Source of the DNA: an uncultured Christensenella sp.
Lineage (GTDB): Bacteria; Bacillota; Clostridia; Christensenellales; UBA1242
DNA: 64,000 nt
Reading direction: 5' to 3'
Assembly: GCA_910586385.1 (NCBI GenBank)
Contig: CAJUGX010000002.1
Span: 134,187-198,186, forward strand
Part shown: piece by piece, positions 14,477-24,909 of the stretch
Layout of the letters: each line of letters opens with the position of its first letter
Numbering within the stretch: position 1 is the stretch's first letter
Program-made: the position numbers and the translations under genes
Notes under the pieces: model-generated
Databases searched by the model: none
What the model was told of the DNA's origin: nothing
What the model saw: only the letters and a program-made list of their open reading frames with translations

Positions 14477-17179
14477 TTATTCGTCTCTTCCACAGCAGTT
14501 TTTGTATTTCTTTCCGCTTCCGCATGGACATGGATCATTTCTTCCGACCTTTTTGCCAACATTTTTCACAGTTTTTTGAATCTCATTTGTTTGAGTCTTT
14601 TGTGGATCATAAACCTTTGCTTCTGTCATCTTTTGAGGTCTTGGCATCTGTGGTGCAGGAGTGACTTCGATTCTTGTGTTGAGCAACAACACAACAACAG
14701 TTTGTCTGATTCGATCAATCATCTCATCAAACATGTCATACGCCTCAGCCTTGTACTCGTTGATTGGGTCTTTCCCACCAAAGCCACGAGCAAAGATTTC
14801 GTTTTTCATTGTCTGCATGTCATCGATGTGGTTCATCCAGTTTGAATCAACAACCTTGAGAAGGACAAACTTCTCGATGTTTTCAAACTCAATTCCAAAC
14901 TGTTCTGCCTCAGCAATCCTTTCATCATAACGCTTCTTAACAAGTTCGAGCACAGCATCTTCCAAGTCCGCTCTGTCAAAACCTTCACAAAACTCTTCTG
15001 TGATTGCGTTTGAATCCTTTTCCAAAAGACCTTTTTCAAGCTCTTGATTTATCTTTTCAAAATCCCAGTCAAAGTATGGCTTTTCATCATCAACGCACTT
15101 GTCGCAAAATTTTGAAATAACTTTTGGAATCATATTGAAAATCTGCTCACGCACTTCAATTCCGTCCAAAACTCTGTTTCTTTCGCCATACATAACTTCT
15201 CTTTGAGCATTCATAACATCGTCAAATTGAAGGACTGTTTTTCTCACTCCAAAGTTTTGAATTTCAATCTTCTTTTGCGCCCCCTCAATCTGTCTTGAGA
15301 TGATTTTCAGCTGAATTGGAGTGTCTTCTTGAAGTTTGAAGAACATCGCAATATTCTTCAATCTGTCTCCACCAAAACGACGAATCAAATCATCTTCAAG
15401 TGACAAGAAGAATACGCTTGAGCCTGGGTCACCTTGACGAGAAGCACGCCCACGGAGCTGGTTGTCGATACGTCTTGACTCATGTCTTTCTGTGCCGATG
15501 ATGTGAAGTCCGCCTGCGTTTTTAACTTCTTCTTTCTCTGCGTCTGTTGTCTTTTTGAATTGTTCGTAAAGGACATTATAACGCTCTCTTGCTTTCTTCA
15601 TTTCTGGATCATCGAGAGTGTTGAAAGCAGTTGCATATGAAATCTGCTCTTCGGAGAAGTTTTCATCCTGCATCTTCTTCTTTGCCATAAACTCAGCATT
15701 TCCGCCGAGCAATATGTCAGTTCCACGACCAGCCATGTTTGTTGCAATGGTCACAGCACCTTTTCGTCCTGCCTGTGCAACAATCTGGCTTTCTTGTTCG
15801 TGATTCTTAGCATTCAAAACAGTGTGTTTGATACCCGCTTCCTTGAGTGCTTTTGAAATCACTTCACTCTTTTCAATGGTGATTGTTCCGATAAGAATTG
15901 GTTGCCCAAGTTCGTGACGACGCTTGATTTCATCAATGATTGCCTTAATTTTCCCTCTTTCGGTTGTGAAAATGATGTCTGGCTCGTCAATTCTGATATT
16001 TGGTCTGTTTGTAGGGATTGTCACAACATCGAGGCTGTAAATTGTTCTAAATTCTCCCTCCTCTGTCTTGGCAGTACCAGTCATACCTGAAAGTTTTTTA
16101 TAAATTCTGAAATAGTTTTGGAATGTCACTGTTGCCAAAGTCTTGTTTTCATCCTTAATTTCAACGCCTTCTTTGGCTTCTATCGCTTGGTGAAGCCCAT
16201 CGTTGTATCTTCTGCCTGGCATCAAACGCCCAGTAAATTCGTCGACAATGACAACCTCGCCCTCATCGTTTACAATATAGTTTTCATCTCTTATCATGAC
16301 AAAGTTTGCCTTGAGTGCGTTGTTGATGAAGTGGTTGAGTTCCAAATTGTCAACATCAGACAAATTTGCAAGTCCATAAAACCTTTCAGCTTTTGTCACA
16401 CCGCTGTCAGTGAGATTGAGTTGTTTTGTCTTTTCATCTTTTTCATAGTCATCTGGTTTCAAAGTCTTTGCAAACTTCTGCGCCTTGATATAGTTGTCGC
16501 TTGATTTCATTCCCTTGCCGGAAATAATGAGTGGAGTCCTTGCTTCATCAATCAAAATTGAGTCCACTTCGTCCACGATTGCAAAGTTGTGCCCCCTTTG
16601 AAATCTTTGTGCAGGCTCAATTGCCATGTTGTCACGAAGATAGTCAAACCCATACTCATTGTTTGTCCCATATGTGATGTCACAATTGTATGCTTCATGC
16701 TTTGCCTTGTCATCCATGCCCGAAACAAGAGTGCCTACAGTAAGTCCCAAAAATTTGTAGACTTTTCCCATCCACTCCGCGTCACGTCTTGCCAAATATT
16801 CGTTGACAGTGACAACATGCACTCCAAGTCCAGTCAATGCGTTGAGATATGCAGGAAGGGTCGCAACAAGAGTCTTACCTTCACCGGTGTTCATTTCAGC
16901 AATACGACCTTGGTGCAAAGCAATTCCTCCCAAAATCTGCACATAAAAATGTCTCATCTTCAAAACTCTGTCAGACGCCTCGCGACAAACAGCATACGCC
17001 TCTGGCAAAATATCCATCAATGTTTCACCATCAGCGAGTCTTTTCTTGAAGTCTTCTGTGCAAGCACGAAGTTGTTCGTCACTATAGCTCTTATACTTTT
17101 CTTCCAAAGCAATGACTTTGTCAGCAATTTTCTTAAGTTTTTTCACTTGCGATTTGTTTTCATTTCCAAAAAGTCCCAT
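14477..17179 (-). CDS. secA: Preprotein translocase ATPase SecA
   Basis: 900 aa. MGLFGNENKSQVKKLKKIADKV..., Walker A region MNTGEGKTLVATLP, DEVDSILIDEARTPLIISG, and the C-terminal zinc finger CPCGSGKKYKNCCG. Confidence 0.97.
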   Translation of the reverse strand: MGLFGNENKSQVKKLKKIADKVIALEEKYKSYSDEQLRACTEDFKKRLADGETLMDILPEAYAVCREASDRVLKMRHFYVQILGGIALHQGRIAEMNTGEGKTLVATLPAYLNALTGLGVHVVTVNEYLARRDAEWMGKVYKFLGLTVGTLVSGMDDKAKHEAYNCDITYGTNNEYGFDYLRDNMAIEPAQRFQRGHNFAIVDEVDSILIDEARTPLIISGKGMKSSDNYIKAQKFAKTLKPDDYEKDEKTKQLNLTDSGVTKAERFYGLANLSDVDNLELNHFINNALKANFVMIRDENYIVNDEGEVVIVDEFTGRLMPGRRYNDGLHQAIEAKEGVEIKDENKTLATVTFQNYFRIYKKLSGMTGTAKTEEGEFRTIYSLDVVTIPTNRPNIRIDEPDIIFTTERGKIKAIIDEIKRRHELGQPILIGTITIEKSEVISKALKEAGIKHTVLNAKNHEQESQIVAQAGRKGAVTIATNMAGRGTDILLGGNAEFMAKKKMQDENFSEEQISYATAFNTLDDPEMKKARERYNVLYEQFKKTTDAEKEEVKNAGGLHIIGTERHESRRIDNQLRGRASRQGDPGSSVFFLSLEDDLIRRFGGDRLKNIAMFFKLQEDTPIQLKIISRQIEGAQKKIEIQNFGVRKTVLQFDDVMNAQREVMYGERNRVLDGIEVREQIFNMIPKVISKFCDKCVDDEKPYFDWDFEKINQELEKGLLEKDSNAITEEFCEGFDRADLEDAVLELVKKRYDERIAEAEQFGIEFENIEKFVLLKVVDSNWMNHIDDMQTMKNEIFARGFGGKDPINEYKAEAYDMFDEMIDRIRQTVVVLLLNTRIEVTPAPQMPRPQKMTEAKVYDPQKTQTNEIQKTVKNVGKKVGRNDPCPCGSGKKYKNCCGRDE

Positions 17180-17380
17180 TTCTTCTCCTCAAAACAAAAA
17201 ATCGGTCACACTTCTCCCGCCAAAACTTCATCTTTTGACGCAACCCCGCCCATTTTTCGTGATAATTATTATCAATAATAGCAAAAATAATAAAAAAACA
17301 CAACTTTTTGCCAGCAAAAATATTGGGTAATATATCGCCACTACCCACGAAATTCAAAAAGTCCAATTTTACAACATTTA

Positions 17381-17409
17381 TTGACAGTTTAACATTTATA
17401 TGTTATACT
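17381..17409 (+). promoter_or_regulatory. Near-consensus sigma-A promoter of the 1712-aa gene
   Basis: TTGACA (17381-17386), 17-nt spacer, TATACT (17404-17409). RBS GGAGGAG and the ATG at 17431 follow. Confidence 0.65.
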
Positions 17410-17430
17410 ATAAAAAATAACGGAGGAGTT

Positions 17431-20400
17431 ATGGCTACTGAATACAGAAAAGTTACCATGAAGTATAGCGACCTATACCCACAATCTTCAACTATTGCAA
17501 CCGACAGGGACAAAGACATTGAAGTAAGAGAATATCTCATCCCTGCTATCGACCGAGCAACTGGTGAAGAGAAAATGGTTCCTGTTTACATGGATGAAAA
17601 TGATCACCCATTCATAAAAGCTGACCTTGAAGATGGAGAAGAAAGATTCTACCCATTGCTTGGTGGTGGAGCAGGCCCTATCCCTGCAATGAAAGATGGG
17701 ACCCAATCTACAAAGAAAGATGTCATCTATTTTGACATCTACAACCAAAATGGTATCCAAGAAAAGATTTATCTTCCTTTTGTAAAAGAAGGGAACGATG
17801 CATTTATCGATGAGTTCAAACAAGTATTTTCTGCAACAAGCACTGCTCCAGAGACAACAACTCCAAGACCCGCAACTGACAAAATCACAAGAAACGCTGC
17901 AAATACATACTTCCTTAGGACAGAACATCCAGAAGGAGATCTCGTTTTTGATAAGAGAAAAGAAAGTGATGGCAAGATTGAAACATCATACCTTTATATC
18001 GCCCACAAAGATGCTGCTGACAAAACAGATTATCTTCGTCTTATGACAAAAGAGGGAGAAGATAGACTTTATATCAACCTTGACAATGTTGACAAAGACC
18101 CAACTACCACTCCCCCTACAAAATATGCTGATGGAACAACTTTCGAAGTCAGAAGATTTTTTACAGAATCAAATGGTGCGACTCCTCCTGTCGAAGTGCT
18201 CAAAGCAGAAGTTTTTGATGGTGAAACTGTCAGAACAGTAGAACTTCCAGTGACAAAAGAACAGGCTGAAAACTCATCACTTTACAACAAGGATTCAACA
18301 CCAGCCAAATTCTATACTCCTCAAGAAATTGCAACAAGGGATAGAAAAAATTTCACAGAAATTGATGAAAAAAGACTTCCAAATTGCGGAAACAAAAAAG
18401 TAGATTCAACAAAAATCGATCCTCTTCTCACAGGAAACTTTCATTATGAGAAAAAGGATGAGACTGGGATTGTCCTCCAGACTCATCGATATATAAGTTA
18501 CATGGATGCAAGTTCCACAGAACAACATTTGCAACTTATTCAAAAAGACGGACATTTGTATGGAAACTTCAACACCGACCCATCTGATTCCTCTCAAAAA
18601 GAGACATGTCTCATTGAGAGCATTGCTGATGATGGCACAGTGACATATATCGCTGGAAATCCAGGAAAGAAATATTCTGGAAAGTTGCCAATCGACATAA
18701 CTAGCAACCCTGATGCAATTCAATCTGTCAGAGACATGATTGATGGAAGAGATCCTTCAGGCACCTCTACAGCGATTGAAAGAGAAAAACTCCCAAAAGT
18801 AGTCCATTCAAAAGTAGACAAAGTCCCTGTCGCAGAAATGGGAGATGAAGGGACATTAAAGCGTAAAGATGTCAAAGCGAGAGACAAAGTTGCTCATATT
18901 GAGGAAAACCACGACTTTGAAAGTATGGTAGGTGTAAGCGGAGCATTCTCTCAACCTATTCTTTTGCCAGATGGCAATAAACAACAACTGACCACATTCC
19001 ACAGTGACGATATCCTCGCCACAGTTTCAGAAGGAAATACTCTTCTTGCGAAATTTGTGAAAAATGGAACCAATTGCTCAATGGTTCTTTCTGAGGCCGA
19101 AGCACAGGTTTTGGGTATTGACACACTTGGGACAAACAATGGCGATGGAACTTACACATTTGATGATGTACAAGTTCAATTGTCTCAAAATGGCGAACAA
19201 GAAGTCACCCTTAAGGCAGGAAGTCCAGATCAACTTGGTATCAGTTTCACTTCACAAGGTGCAATCGCAAGAAAGCCTGATGGCACAGTTGTGCGTCATA
19301 GGTCATCGGCTCCTCTTGACATTGGTGTGTCTGACACATTCTACAATGCCGCAATTCAAAACAAAGTACCTCCAGTGCTGGGATGTTCTTTCGCTAGAGA
19401 TAGAGTTACCGGGAAAATTGCAAACCCAACATTGAACTTTGCACTTCTTGAATCTCTTACTCGACAACATAGATTGGAAGTAGAAGCAAAAATTGCCAGC
19501 GGAGAAACCAATCCAGATGAGATTTTGAAGCCTATGGTACTTGCTGATGGAACAGAACTATATTCAGTCCCTGTTCAAACAGGCACTCCACCAAAAACTC
19601 AATATATGGATTATATGCACACCCCAGAAAAAAAGCTGTATCAACATGTTCACAGGACAAACACCGCAGAACATGGCAAAACTGGTGCAGCAACTGTCCC
19701 AGGATATGAAGAAATTTCACAAGGCGCTTGGCGTGAAGAAGGTGAAAAAAAATATTTTGCAGAGATTTTGACAGCAGCACCTGACAAAAAAGCAAGCGGA
19801 AAACACAACTCTTCCGCTTTGGTGTTTGAAGCACAAGACTCCGAAAATCAACTTTTGACCAGATTCTTTGAAAGAACAATTGGTGCTCCTGCAAATGATG
19901 AAGGAAATGTTGACTGGGAAGCATCTCTTATTGACGGCGAAGGCGTGGCACAACTTGCACGTGCTGCATCAGCAGATCCAACATACAATGCTGTTACACA
20001 GCTTGAGGATGCCGAACCAGATCATACTACAATTTCTCAAATCAACGATCCTGAAGCAAAAGATGCTGAAGGTACAAAAGATACCCCTCGCCCAAAACCA
20101 CCAAAGGAAAGAGAGAAAGAACAGCTTTGGAAAGGAATTGATAAAGACAATAGAAAAACATGGATTGCTCTTGCAGCAGTAGCAGTGCTTTTCTCTGTAT
20201 TTATTCCTTTCTTAAATATTATCGCAGGTGTCTTGATAGGAATTGTTGCAGCAAATGATTCCGAATTCCTCACAAACATTTTCTTTGAACGAGAAAATTA
20301 TCACAAAGGGCTCACAAAACTCGGCAGACAATATGACAGAGAACTTGTCAAGAATCAATCAAAAATCAGAGAGCACACCGCAAACATTGAAAAATGGAAA

Positions 20401-22569
20401 ACACAAATCAAAGAACTTGAAACAAGCGGAAAAACCCCAAGACAAATTGCAATTGAAAAAGCAAAATTGGAAGCAAAAATTGCTACTGCTCAAGCTGAAA
20501 AAGCGACTCTTATTGAAAGAGACCACCAACTTGCAGTGCTTATCGCCCAAGATCAAGATTTGGGGCTCCGTGCAGAACTTAAGAGTCACGCAAAGTGGGA
20601 AAAGATTCTTGCACAGGAAAACGCACGCTATACTACAATAAACGGACTTATGGTCTCTGTTCCAACAGGCTCTCCTGCTATAGCTCTCAATGGTTTTGAT
20701 TTTAAGAGATCTGATGAAGACTTGGCGGCATACAAAACACAACTCCAAGTGTTGAGAAAAGATAAAGCAAACAAACATGTCAAAGACATTTTGGATCAAC
20801 AAATCGAATTCTGTGAAATGGTTCAACTTTACAGAAGAGATGTTCGTAAATTGTCTCCAAAAGAAAATGCTAGGCTCACTCATTTGAGCACCAGATTTTC
20901 TCCAACCTCGCAGCCTCCTGCAAGAGAGTGGAGTGAGAGAATCGGAAAACTTATTGACAAAACAGGGATTGCTCCTACCGACAGATCTGCCGCAGGTCTT
21001 GAAACAGAAGTAAACAAAATCTTTGATTCACTTGTAATAAACCCAGGCCGATCATTCAATCAACTCACCAACAACCGCAGCACACTCTACAATCAAATTT
21101 ATTTCAGTCTATATGGAACTGGCAGCAAAACATCAAGAGATGGAAAACTGCTCCGCACAATTGACAGAATCAAAGGCTGTGCTGATGAAGCTGCTCTGCA
21201 TGCATTTATTGCGAGCGAAGGAGAAAAACCTCATTGCGAAGATTTGGTTAAGTTGAAATATTTGCTCAACAAAGATAAATCAACATTGACTCCTGATGAA
21301 ATCGCAAAATTGAATGAATTGAAAAAGAAATATCCAAAAATCGCAAACAACAAAAATTTTGATTTGCTCGCAGAACTTGAGAATGAGCAAAGAACGAGAG
21401 AGGACGACCTTAGATGTATGGAAGCGGCAAGGGATATTTTGAACCCACCACCTCCTATGGTTGCGGACGCAGATTATTATGATAAAGTCGTACAAAAAGC
21501 AGCAGAAGCAAAGAATCCAAAAGTCAGAGCTGCAATCTTGAAAGCAGCAAAAGTACAAAAGTATTTTGAACTTTTGACTCTGGCAAAAACAGGAGTTCTT
21601 CCAGAAGAAGATAGAGAACTTTTGTCCAAATTGTCAAAAGAAGTGGAAGTGCCAAATGCTACACTTCAAACAAATCCAAAAGGCGCTGAACTTTTGAGAC
21701 TTAAAGAATTGCTCGGAAAGAAAAAGAGCGAATTAACTTCTGCAGAATTGTCCGAGCTTGAAACTCTTAAAACAAAATATCCAAAGTTTAAGAAAGATTC
21801 AAATGTTGCTGAAAGTCTTACAGATGACCTTTTGACAATGAGTGAGGCTGCTCACATGCAAGCAGTTTCAGAAGAAATTAAGACAATCACAGGCAAAGAC
21901 CTTGCAGATTTAGTAAAAGACCCACCAGATGGTATGACAACAGAAGAAATTGAAACTCTTCTTAAAGACTCAAGATTCAGTGGCGCCCTCAATGCGACCA
22001 AATTGGGTATGAAAAAAGTGTTGACTGACCAAATGGAATATCAAGAATATCAATACCTTCGCGAACTTCAAAGTAAAGAACTCTCAAAAAAAGAAAGAAA
22101 CCGTTTGGAAGAACTTAAGAGAAAGTATGGATCATCCAAGAGCCCAATTTCATCATTCCTTGATCAATCACCAGATTACATGGCAGAGATTGAAGAATAT
22201 CTCAGAAAGAGCGACGAATACATCGAAGAAAGAAAAATTCGTGCTGAAAAATCTGTTGAAACCGTTGAACTGACTGAAAGTGGAGATGGAAAGGATATTG
22301 AAAGCGCTATTGACATGGGTCTTGCAACCTATGATGCAAGAGACGAAGCCCGCATGGACGGTGGCAATATCCAAAATCAAGATGACAAGAATCCAAAAGT
22401 TGAGGGTGCGACCCAAACAGATACATCTGAATATAAAGGTGATGCAACAGACTCAAAAGATCTTACTGACGACGATAAAAGTGTTACTGACGAGCGTAAG
22501 AGAAAAAGAGTTGGCAACGACACTAAATATGGTACGGATGGAAGAAGATCTGACGGCTTAGGACGTTAA
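17431..22569 (+). CDS. Giant orphan protein (1712 aa) with a mid-chain hydrophobic hairpin and a coiled-coil-like C-terminal half
   Basis: ATG at 17431 lies 5 nt after GGAGGAG; the track start at 17308 has no RBS. There is no N-terminal signal peptide. TP-rich linkers are present (TSTAPETTTPRPATD, DKDPTTTPPTKY). The hydrophobic stretch WIALAAVAVLFSVFIPFLNIIAGVLIGIVAA is encoded at about 20161-20253. The long K/E/L-rich C-terminal region carries three L-x-x-E-x-x-x-L-x-E-L-K-x-K-Y-P/G-K repeats. Confidence 0.85.
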   Translation: MATEYRKVTMKYSDLYPQSSTIATDRDKDIEVREYLIPAIDRATGEEKMVPVYMDENDHPFIKADLEDGEERFYPLLGGGAGPIPAMKDGTQSTKKDVIYFDIYNQNGIQEKIYLPFVKEGNDAFIDEFKQVFSATSTAPETTTPRPATDKITRNAANTYFLRTEHPEGDLVFDKRKESDGKIETSYLYIAHKDAADKTDYLRLMTKEGEDRLYINLDNVDKDPTTTPPTKYADGTTFEVRRFFTESNGATPPVEVLKAEVFDGETVRTVELPVTKEQAENSSLYNKDSTPAKFYTPQEIATRDRKNFTEIDEKRLPNCGNKKVDSTKIDPLLTGNFHYEKKDETGIVLQTHRYISYMDASSTEQHLQLIQKDGHLYGNFNTDPSDSSQKETCLIESIADDGTVTYIAGNPGKKYSGKLPIDITSNPDAIQSVRDMIDGRDPSGTSTAIEREKLPKVVHSKVDKVPVAEMGDEGTLKRKDVKARDKVAHIEENHDFESMVGVSGAFSQPILLPDGNKQQLTTFHSDDILATVSEGNTLLAKFVKNGTNCSMVLSEAEAQVLGIDTLGTNNGDGTYTFDDVQVQLSQNGEQEVTLKAGSPDQLGISFTSQGAIARKPDGTVVRHRSSAPLDIGVSDTFYNAAIQNKVPPVLGCSFARDRVTGKIANPTLNFALLESLTRQHRLEVEAKIASGETNPDEILKPMVLADGTELYSVPVQTGTPPKTQYMDYMHTPEKKLYQHVHRTNTAEHGKTGAATVPGYEEISQGAWREEGEKKYFAEILTAAPDKKASGKHNSSALVFEAQDSENQLLTRFFERTIGAPANDEGNVDWEASLIDGEGVAQLARAASADPTYNAVTQLEDAEPDHTTISQINDPEAKDAEGTKDTPRPKPPKEREKEQLWKGIDKDNRKTWIALAAVAVLFSVFIPFLNIIAGVLIGIVAANDSEFLTNIFFERENYHKGLTKLGRQYDRELVKNQSKIREHTANIEKWKTQIKELETSGKTPRQIAIEKAKLEAKIATAQAEKATLIERDHQLAVLIAQDQDLGLRAELKSHAKWEKILAQENARYTTINGLMVSVPTGSPAIALNGFDFKRSDEDLAAYKTQLQVLRKDKANKHVKDILDQQIEFCEMVQLYRRDVRKLSPKENARLTHLSTRFSPTSQPPAREWSERIGKLIDKTGIAPTDRSAAGLETEVNKIFDSLVINPGRSFNQLTNNRSTLYNQIYFSLYGTGSKTSRDGKLLRTIDRIKGCADEAALHAFIASEGEKPHCEDLVKLKYLLNKDKSTLTPDEIAKLNELKKKYPKIANNKNFDLLAELENEQRTREDDLRCMEAARDILNPPPPMVADADYYDKVVQKAAEAKNPKVRAAILKAAKVQKYFELLTLAKTGVLPEEDRELLSKLSKEVEVPNATLQTNPKGAELLRLKELLGKKKSELTSAELSELETLKTKYPKFKKDSNVAESLTDDLLTMSEAAHMQAVSEEIKTITGKDLADLVKDPPDGMTTEEIETLLKDSRFSGALNATKLGMKKVLTDQMEYQEYQYLRELQSKELSKKERNRLEELKRKYGSSKSPISSFLDQSPDYMAEIEEYLRKSDEYIEERKIRAEKSVETVELTESGDGKDIESAIDMGLATYDARDEARMDGGNIQNQDDKNPKVEGATQTDTSEYKGDATDSKDLTDDDKSVTDERKRKRVGNDTKYGTDGRRSDGLGR

Positions 22570-22591
22570 ACAAAAATCACAAACACACTTT

Positions 22592-22618
22592 TAGAGAGAT
22601 AAGCAATTTATCTCTCTA
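22592..22618 (+). terminator. Hairpin terminator of the 1712-aa gene
   Basis: TAGAGAGATAA/TTATCTCTCTA 11-bp stem with a 5-nt loop. The trailing U-run is weak (AAAATTTTA). Confidence 0.6.
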
Positions 22619-22636
22619 AAATTTTATGGAGAAGAA

Positions 22637-23731
22637 ATGAAAATTGGAGTAGTAGGTTTGCCAAATGTTGGCAAAAGTTCACTTTTTAACGCAATCACAG
22701 AGGCTGGTGCAGAGAGCGCAAATTACCCTTTCTGCACCATCGAACCTAATGTCGGCATCGTTGATGTGCCTGATGAAAGATTGCAAGTGTTGGGCAAAAT
22801 GTACAACACTCAAAAGATTACCCCTGCAAGCATCGAGTTTGTCGACATTGCAGGACTTGTTGCTGGTGCAAGCAAAGGTGAAGGACTTGGAAACAAGTTT
22901 TTGAGCCACATCCGTGAAGTTGACGCCATTGTGCACGTTGTAAGATGTTTTGACAATGACAAAATCATCCACGTAAGTGGTTCAATTGACCCAAAGAGAG
23001 ACATTGAGACCATTGAAATGGAACTTGCCTTGTCTGACCTTGAACAAGTGACAAAATTTTTGGACAAGAATGCCAAACTGGTGCACCAAACAAAAGACAA
23101 ATCTTTGCAAGCAAGTGTAGATTTGCTTTCAAGAATCAAGACCTCCTTGGAAGTTGGCAAACAAGCAAGAACACTTGAGTATTCTGACGAAGAAAAGAAA
23201 CTCATCAAAAACTTTGCACTGCTCACCGCAAAGCCAGTGATATATGTGGCAAACATATCGGAAGATGACATCGGCAAACCTGACTGTGATTATGTCAAAG
23301 TTGTCAGAGAAATCGCTGAACAAGAGAACTCAAAAGTGGTTGTTTTGTGCACCAAGATTGAAGAAGAACTTGTCGCCCTAGACAAAGAAGAGCGAGGTAT
23401 GTTTAAGGAAGAACTTGGCATCACAGAAAGCGGTCTTGAAAAACTTGTGACAGCAAGTTATGACCTTTTGGGACTGATGAGCTATTTGACCGCTGGCGAA
23501 AAGGAAGTGCGTGCATGGACAATCACAAAAGGCACAAAAGCGCCACAAGCAGCCGGCAAAATCCACACAGATTTTGAGAAAGGCTTTATCAAGGCAGAAA
23601 TCGTAAGTTTTGATGACCTTGTGGAAGCAGGTTCATTCCTCAAAGCAAAGGAAAAAGGAAAAGTCCGCATTGAAGGAAAAGAGTATGTCGTGCAAGATGG
23701 CGATGTCGTACTCTTCCGATTTAACAACTAG
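22637..23731 (+). CDS. ychF: Ribosome-binding ATPase YchF
   Basis: MKIGVVGLPNVGKSSLFNA...FCTIEPNVG...DIAGLV...HVVRCF and the C-terminal TGS-like domain VRAWTI.KGTKAPQAAGKIHTDFEKGFI. Confidence 0.95.
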   Translation: MKIGVVGLPNVGKSSLFNAITEAGAESANYPFCTIEPNVGIVDVPDERLQVLGKMYNTQKITPASIEFVDIAGLVAGASKGEGLGNKFLSHIREVDAIVHVVRCFDNDKIIHVSGSIDPKRDIETIEMELALSDLEQVTKFLDKNAKLVHQTKDKSLQASVDLLSRIKTSLEVGKQARTLEYSDEEKKLIKNFALLTAKPVIYVANISEDDIGKPDCDYVKVVREIAEQENSKVVVLCTKIEEELVALDKEERGMFKEELGITESGLEKLVTASYDLLGLMSYLTAGEKEVRAWTITKGTKAPQAAGKIHTDFEKGFIKAEIVSFDDLVEAGSFLKAKEKGKVRIEGKEYVVQDGDVVLFRFNN

Positions 23732-23739
23732 AGGTGTCC

Positions 23740-24111
23740 ATGGAAAAATATGAAGAGTTGTCCCCTTTGGCACTTGCCTTCATGGGCGATGCAGTGCACA
23801 CCGCATTTGTAAGAGAAAAAGTGTTGAGCGGACAAGTGAACAAAGTGCAAAATTATCACACTTTTGCAAGCAAATTTTGCAATGCAAAAAAGCAGATGGA
23901 GACTTTGGAAAAACTTTTGCCGACCCTAAACGAAGAAGAGGCAAATGTTGTGAGAAAGGCAAGAAATTGCCACAGCAAACATTCTGCCAAAAACTTTGAT
24001 GAGGAGACCTACAAAAAAGCAACCGCTTTTGAAGCCCTTGTCGGATTTTTGTATCTGAGCAAACAGACAGAAAGGCTTGCAGAAATTTTGCTTAAGTCTA
24101 TTGAAGAATAA
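23740..24111 (+). CDS. mrnC: Mini-ribonuclease 3
   Basis: LSPLALAFMGDAVHTAFVREKVL...ARN.HSKHSAKN...YKKATAFEALVGFLYL is the Mini-III signature. It holds the conserved position upstream of rlmB and sigH. Confidence 0.85.
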   Translation: MEKYEELSPLALAFMGDAVHTAFVREKVLSGQVNKVQNYHTFASKFCNAKKQMETLEKLLPTLNEEEANVVRKARNCHSKHSAKNFDEETYKKATAFEALVGFLYLSKQTERLAEILLKSIEE

Positions 24112-24122
24112 AAGGAACATTT

Positions 24123-24842
24123 ATGAATATTGAAGGAAGAAATCAAGTTGTTGAAGCAATCAAAAGTGGCAAAACAATAAACAAAGTTTTTGTTGACAAA
24201 AATTATGCTTCAAGAAAAGATGATGTAATCGCCCTTGCGAAGCAAAACAAACTTCGTGTAGAATTTTTGCCAAAAAAAGCCATGGATGAAATCAGTGTAA
24301 CTGGACATCACCAAGGCTACATTGCAGACGCGGTTGATTTTGAATATTGCGAAGTAGAGGACATTTTGCAAGTCGCAAAAAACAGAAATCATGACGCCTT
24401 TGTTGTGCTTTTGGATGGGATTGAAGACCCACACAATTTGGGCGCAATTATAAGGACTTGTGAGTGTGCTGGCGTTGATGGAATTGTCATCCCAAAACAA
24501 CGAGCTTGCCAAGTCAACGAAACTGTCGTAAGGACAAGTGCTGGTGCAATTTCAAACGTCAAAATTGCAAGAGTGACAAACCTCAAAGAAGCCATCGACA
24601 CACTCAAAGAAAATGGTCTTTGGATTTATGTTTCTGAGACTGGCGGAGAAGACATTTACAAGCAAAACCTCACCGGTCCAATCGGGATTGTTGTTGGCTC
24701 TGAGGGCAACGGGGTCAAACCATCGCTTAGGACTTATTGTGATGGAATCATCACCCTCCCACTCAAAGGAAGTGTAAACTCTCTCAATGCGAGTGTTGCA
24801 AGTGCACTTTGTGTTTATGAAGTGCTTAGGCAACGCGGTTGA
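24123..24842 (+). CDS. rlmB: TrmH/SpoU-family 23S rRNA 2'-O-methyltransferase (RlmB/YacO-like)
   Basis: EGRNQVVEAIKSGKTINKVFV, LLDGIEDPHNLGAIIRTCECAGVDGIVIP, VVGSEGNGV and SLNASVASALCVYE are the SPOUT motifs. Confidence 0.85.
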   Translation: MNIEGRNQVVEAIKSGKTINKVFVDKNYASRKDDVIALAKQNKLRVEFLPKKAMDEISVTGHHQGYIADAVDFEYCEVEDILQVAKNRNHDAFVVLLDGIEDPHNLGAIIRTCECAGVDGIVIPKQRACQVNETVVRTSAGAISNVKIARVTNLKEAIDTLKENGLWIYVSETGGEDIYKQNLTGPIGIVVGSEGNGVKPSLRTYCDGIITLPLKGSVNSLNASVASALCVYEVLRQRG

Positions 24843-24909
24843 AAACTCTTTCTATCTGAAACTTACTTCCATTCCAAATTTGGATAAAACAAAATAAAAG
24901 GCATCACAG

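Noticed and set aside
17180-17430. Replication origin at the secA / 1712-aa gene divergence point
   Set aside because: The strand switch is origin-like, but I find no DnaA box within two mismatches of the consensus in clustered form there. Only a promoter is present.
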